Positions 5,771 through 8,911 of a DNA stretch of 8,911 bases are shown here, one piece after another. Source of the DNA: Ostreococcus tauri (lineage: Eukaryota); contig CAID01000001.2 in assembly GCA_000214015.2 (NCBI GenBank), positions 759,913-768,823 on the forward strand, in the 5' to 3' direction. Position 1 is the first letter of the stretch. Every line of letters starts with the position of its first letter. Below the pieces are notes generated by a model. That model was given only the letters and a program-made list of their open reading frames with translations. It was not told the DNA's origin and ran no database searches. The position numbers were made by a program, and so were the translations under genes.

Positions 5771-7501
5771 TCAATCTAGCTCGCCGCTCTCCGTGAGAAA
5801 GCTTCTGTGCGCGGATTTCGGATCCCTCACCGAACCAGGACTTAAGCGCGTGGTCTCAAACGCACCCGTGTCACCCTGTGGTGGCGCCGAATCCCAGTCC
5901 ATGTAGACTTTTTGCGTGTGCTTTGGAGACGCCGGCGTGTCGGCCGCGTCATCGACGCGCTTCGCTCGGAGCATGCTCAGGTCGATACCAGAGGCATCAA
6001 TGCCACCATACTGGTTGCCCAACATCGCCGCGATGTCATCGAATTCATTCGCATTAAGTCCGTCGGATTGCACCTTGATTTTAGCCTCAGGCTGCCGTTC
6101 CAGTCTCGCATCAAACTCCCTCGCCCGCTTCTTCAAGTGTTCATGTCTGAACTTTGAGATTGCCTTTTTACCGATCGCGATATCGTTTGCTCCCATGACC
6201 CCACGCTTTTCCCAAATCGCTAAAACTTTCTGCACTGCCTGACGGCGGTATCGCGCGTGTGCTTCCCCTATGGTAGCGCCGTCCGGCACCTCGACACCCT
6301 TCATCTCCGTCGCCTCATCCACCTTGATCACGGCTATCACATGTTTGATGATGTCTGCTATGTGCTTACGCAACGCTCGTGTGTACATGGCGTGGACGGC
6401 ATGCGACCCGCCTCGCGATTCGACGTTACTCGCTTGGGCGATGGAGTCGACAACGAAGAGTAATGTGAGCCGCGTCGACGCCGACGTGGACTCGTTTGAC
6501 ATTTGCTCTCGAAGAGTGGACACGACAGCCTCAGGCACACCTTCACGAGATGACATGGCAAGGGCGACGCTTGTGATTTCGAATATCGATTGTCGGCTAC
6601 GCGTTATTTGTGAGAGCTTACCCAGGAAATCATCGACAGCGGCTTGCGACTGGGCATCCAACATGGCGACTTCCGCCTCTTCCGTCTGAGACCTATCTTG
6701 CAGAGCGGCCAACGCCTCGAGCGAGTCCCGCTCGATCGGTTTCTTCATGTCGTTAACGATGTTCATCACGTTTAGTGCTGGCTTTTTCGGTTTAACCGGG
6801 GTCGTTCCTCGCGCCGCGCGCTCCTTTGCGCGCTCCTCAGCCTTTTGCAGTGCCTCAGTAATCGCCTCTTTCGCTTTGACTATTCGTTCTCTTGTGCCGT
6901 AAACTTGGATCATCGTCTCGTTTTCCGGATGCACCTGCACGCGCGCCCCAGATTTGAACCTCAACACCTTCAAATTGTCGCCGTGTCGTCCCACGATGTC
7001 CGATCTGAACCGTCCGCAATCGACGTCCACTGTGAATTGCTTCGCCGCCGCCTCCCTCGCCGCCGCCTCCCTCGCCGCCGCCTCCCTCGCCGCCGCCTCC
7101 CTCGTCCGTTCTACTACCGCGCGTTCGGCCGTCTCACGGTTTACCGTCTCTCGATCCGCCTCTCGCTCGAGCGTCGTCGCTCGCTTCGCTCGCGTCGCCT
7201 CCTCGAATTCTGCCTCGTCGGAATCCGCGGTCTCGCGCGTCTTCGCCTTCTTCCGCGCTCCCTCCGTCATCTTCTCCGTTCGCGCGCGCGTCGCCGCCTT
7301 TGCGCGCGCGTTGACGACGATACCGTTCCTCTTGGCCCACGCGACGTACCCGGGGCGCGCGTGGAGCGGCGGACATCGCGCGCGATCGCTCGGCGGTTGC
7401 GTCCTGCACGACCCGCACCCGCCCAAGGACCAGCGACATTTTGCGCATCCCACGCGGTCCGCGACGTCGATCTCGGCGTCGGGCGTCGTGGCCGAGGACA
7501 T
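5771..7501 (-). CDS. KH-domain and CID (RNA polymerase II CTD-interacting, RPR-like) domain protein with N-terminal CxxC-x6-CxxC knuckle
   Basis: 576-codon ORF from an ATG at 7501..7499 in the context accATGt, ending at stop TGA 5773..5771. The Cys motif CAKCRWSLGGCGSC is at 7406..7447. The type-I KH domain at about 6851..7039 has the GxxG loop and flanks IVGRHGDNLKVLRFKSGARVQV (compare the canonical IIGKGGxxIKxLxxxSGAxIxI). The CID-like helical domain at about 6152..6655 contains LGKLSQITRSRQSIFEITSVAL, RLTLLFVVDSIAQAS (compare LYLaNDViQ) and QKVLAIWEKRGVM (compare iWeeRgvf). Charged Lys/Arg/Glu/Ala linkers separate the domains. Confidence 0.88.
   Translation of the reverse strand: MSSATTPDAEIDVADRVGCAKCRWSLGGCGSCRTQPPSDRARCPPLHARPGYVAWAKRNGIVVNARAKAATRARTEKMTEGARKKAKTRETADSDEAEFEEATRAKRATTLEREADRETVNRETAERAVVERTREAAAREAAAREAAAREAAAKQFTVDVDCGRFRSDIVGRHGDNLKVLRFKSGARVQVHPENETMIQVYGTRERIVKAKEAITEALQKAEERAKERAARGTTPVKPKKPALNVMNIVNDMKKPIERDSLEALAALQDRSQTEEAEVAMLDAQSQAAVDDFLGKLSQITRSRQSIFEITSVALAMSSREGVPEAVVSTLREQMSNESTSASTRLTLLFVVDSIAQASNVESRGGSHAVHAMYTRALRKHIADIIKHVIAVIKVDEATEMKGVEVPDGATIGEAHARYRRQAVQKVLAIWEKRGVMGANDIAIGKKAISKFRHEHLKKRAREFDARLERQPEAKIKVQSDGLNANEFDDIAAMLGNQYGGIDASGIDLSMLRAKRVDDAADTPASPKHTQKVYMDWDSAPPQGDTGAFETTRLSPGSVRDPKSAHRSFLTESGELD
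7043..7102 (-). repeat. Perfect tandem repeat, 15 bp x 4 (AGGGAGGCGGCGGCG on the coding strand), in frame, encoding (REAAA)4
   Basis: The + strand unit cgccgccgcctccct begins at 7043, 7058, 7073 and 7088 with no mismatch. A partial fifth copy (cg) follows at 7103..7104. The repeat maps to aa 134-153 of the KH-CID protein, immediately upstream of the KH domain. Confidence 0.97.
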
Positions 7502-7609
7502 GGTCCCGTCGGTGGACGCGACGACGCCGCGCGAGGGATGCGATGTGCGGACGGCGCGGAACGCGCGGGACAGTTGAGTGCTACGCGCTACGATGCTATG
7601 ATAAAAACT
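7502..7609 (-). promoter_or_regulatory. 108-bp tandem spacer: 3-prime UTR/poly(A) zone of the JmjC gene plus promoter/5-prime UTR of the KH-CID gene
   Basis: It is bounded by the JmjC stop (TAG 7612..7610) and the KH-CID ATG (7501). The only AT-rich element is at the JmjC stop, reading tagagtttttatcatagc on the - strand (about 7594..7612), roughly 100 nt upstream of the KH-CID ATG. The remainder is GC-rich. Confidence 0.35.
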
Positions 7610-8911
7610 CTAAAACCAGAAATTGACGGACACGGACGTCGTGAGGGAGCGAACGTAGTGCCAGTGATTCTTGGGCATGAATAAAACGTCACCCGGGGCG
7701 AGGATGGTCTCCAGATACTCGGCGTGCGAGGCGAGCGGATACTCTCGCGCGTCGGCTGCGCTCTCAGGATTGACCGGCGAGCGCGTGAACGTGTTCCGGT
7801 TACCGGCCCGGAGAACGTCCGTGTCGTCGCAGTACAAGTATTTGGTCTGTGCATCATCGTATATTCGGATGTACTTGTGTCCGGCGATCTGACAGAGGAG
7901 GTTGAGATAGGGGTCTCGATGTATCGCCGTCTTCGTCCCTGCGGTTCCCAACCAAGCGTTTATGGCTGACGTCTCGGTGCGAATACGTCCCAAGCAGTAT
8001 GGAGAAATCGTAAACGAGTCCTGCATCGCGGGTATTTGATTGAATATCGGATGCTGCGAGATGTACGCGACTTTTTCGCTCGGGGGTAATCCGTCATGAG
8101 CGTCGTTGGACGGCACCAAAAAGTCGCGAGCAAACGCTCCAAGAGTGGTCACGCCGGTGCCGTGACTTTCGAATGCGGTGCCGTACTCCACCGGCACGAT
8201 CGTCTCGGCGTACGTTTCAAACAAATCGAGCGTTTTGAAGTCATCCATGAGTTTCCAGTCCTCTCCGTCGGCGCCGATATGTCCTTTGATGACACACGGT
8301 CGCTCCTTGGCTATGTAATCGGTATAGAACCGAGTCGTCGATAACTCGCTCGCTTGCTCCACGGCGATCGCACGCCCGGGCTCGAGCGTTGGAACACCTC
8401 GTTCTGGAAGCGCGCTCGGTATCACGCTTTCCAACGGCGGTTTCTCGCCGGTTGCATCCGCGCTCTCGCCTCGCGAAAAAGCGCGCTCGACGAGCGCCAC
8501 CGCGTCCGCGCACCACTCAGGGACTCGGTCTGGAGAGTACAACGTCGACGCCGCGAGAAGGTCCAGCGCGATCCTACCTAACCGCGTGCGACGATCCCAA
8601 CCCGCGTCTCTACACGCCGCGCTCACCGTGGGATCATCCGTGAAGAACTCTTCGTCGCCCGCGTCGTCCTCTCCGCCCTTAAGCTCGGCTAAAACGACCA
8701 CCCCGTGCGCGAGCGTGTGCGCGTCCAGAAACCCATCATCCGGCCAGTTCCCAGCCTCCAACTGTTTCGCGCACGCCCAGATCACCCGTCGAGCCTCGCG
8801 TCGCGCCGATGTCCAATCGTCCCGCCTCGCCGCGTCTCTCGCCCGCGCGCACGCGTCCGCCGCCCCCGCCCCTCCCGGCGCGAACGTCCGCACCCCCTCG
8901 CCCGCGCGCCG
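7610..8911 (-). CDS. JmjC-domain (cupin) 2-oxoglutarate/Fe(II) oxygenase, JMJD5/KDM8-like (plant JMJ30-like); 5-prime partial
   Basis: The track start 8893 is a GTG. The frame stays open through 8911 and the first internal Met is about 215 codons in, so the real ATG must lie beyond the window edge. The C-terminal domain lines up with human JMJD5 as I recall it: INAWLGTAGTKTAIHRDPYLNLLCQIAGHKYIRIY (compare [34 protein letters not shown]) and APGDVLFMPKNHWHYVRSLTTSVSVNFWF (compare [29 protein letters not shown]). The Fe(II) triad codons are present: His 7919..7921, Asp 7913..7915 and His 7658..7660. The 2OG-binding Lys in GHKYIR is also present. The stop is TAG at 7612..7610. Confidence 0.9.
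   Translation of the reverse strand, partial: RRAGEGVRTFAPGGAGAADACARARDAARRDDWTSARREARRVIWACAKQLEAGNWPDDGFLDAHTLAHGVVVLAELKGGEDDAGDEEFFTDDPTVSAACRDAGWDRRTRLGRIALDLLAASTLYSPDRVPEWCADAVALVERAFSRGESADATGEKPPLESVIPSALPERGVPTLEPGRAIAVEQASELSTTRFYTDYIAKERPCVIKGHIGADGEDWKLMDDFKTLDLFETYAETIVPVEYGTAFESHGTGVTTLGAFARDFLVPSNDAHDGLPPSEKVAYISQHPIFNQIPAMQDSFTISPYCLGRIRTETSAINAWLGTAGTKTAIHRDPYLNLLCQIAGHKYIRIYDDAQTKYLYCDDTDVLRAGNRNTFTRSPVNPESAADAREYPLASHAEYLETILAPGDVLFMPKNHWHYVRSLTTSVSVNFWF

Noticed and set aside
7585-7600. Short repeated motif gctacgcgctacgatgctatg in the JmjC / KH-CID spacer
   Set aside because: Only two to three imperfect 6-bp copies are present, which is too short to separate from chance. 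It is noted as part of the spacer description only.
6845-7684. + strand ORFs of 279 aa (6845..7684) and 207 aa (6954..7577) opposite the KH-CID gene
   Set aside because: They are antisense to a gene with two recognisable domains. The translations are Arg/Leu/Ser-rich, with the tandem repeat read as RRRLP or AASL repeats. 6845..7684 also crosses the intergenic spacer into the JmjC gene.
3650-8911. Apparent functional theme among neighbours (RNA polymerase II-associated protein 3-like, Pol II CTD-interacting protein, chromatin-type JmjC oxygenase) as a possible co-regulated cluster or system
   Set aside because: These are independent, differently oriented eukaryotic transcription units. The three families act in different processes (chaperone assembly, transcription termination, hydroxylation/demethylation). 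With six genes, such a loose thematic match is expected by chance, and I have no evidence of operon-like organisation.
1-8911. CRISPR arrays, transposons or introner-like elements, tRNA/rRNA/snoRNA genes, viral insertions, prokaryotic defence systems
   Set aside because: There are no spaced direct repeats, terminal inverted repeats or target-site duplications. No cloverleaf-capable segments occur in the short spacers (59-108 bp). All recognisable ORFs are uninterrupted, so no intron or introner needs to be invoked. The genes with recognisable domains are ordinary cellular eukaryotic families.

Overview
This window does not look like a prokaryotic accessory region. It reads as gene-dense, GC-rich, apparently intron-free eukaryotic nuclear DNA. 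It is most consistent with a Mamiellales-type picoalga (Micromonas/Ostreococcus-like). That is an inference from eukaryote-only protein families, a plant ECA-like SERCA pump, G/C-ending codon bias and spacers of only about 60-110 bp. I call six protein-coding genes. (1) 83..3277 +: a full-length SERCA/ECA type IIA Ca2+-ATPase. (2) 3337..3651 -: a small orphan protein with a C-terminal hydrophobic segment. (3) 3650..4873 +: a TPR plus RPAP3_C co-chaperone-like protein. (4) 4979..5680 +: an orphan basic/acidic low-complexity protein. (5) 5771..7501 -: a protein combining a Cys4 knuckle, a KH domain and a CID (Pol II CTD-interacting) domain, with a perfect 15-bp x4 in-frame repeat encoding (REAAA)4. 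(6) 7610..8911 -: a JMJD5/KDM8-like JmjC oxygenase whose 5-prime end runs off the window. The ORF track accepts GTG/TTG starts, so several of its start coordinates are wrong for a eukaryote, and I re-derived ATG starts. Many long track ORFs are antisense shadows in the frame that shares wobble positions with the true gene. I found no rRNA, tRNA, CRISPR array, transposon or multi-gene system, so I do not claim a novel system. The points worth a second look are the KH-CID architecture, two divergent genes whose candidate ATGs interlock in a 10-bp palindrome, the perfect minisatellite, a consistent 5-prime to 3-prime GC3 decline within genes, two orphan proteins, and the very short convergent and tandem spacers.
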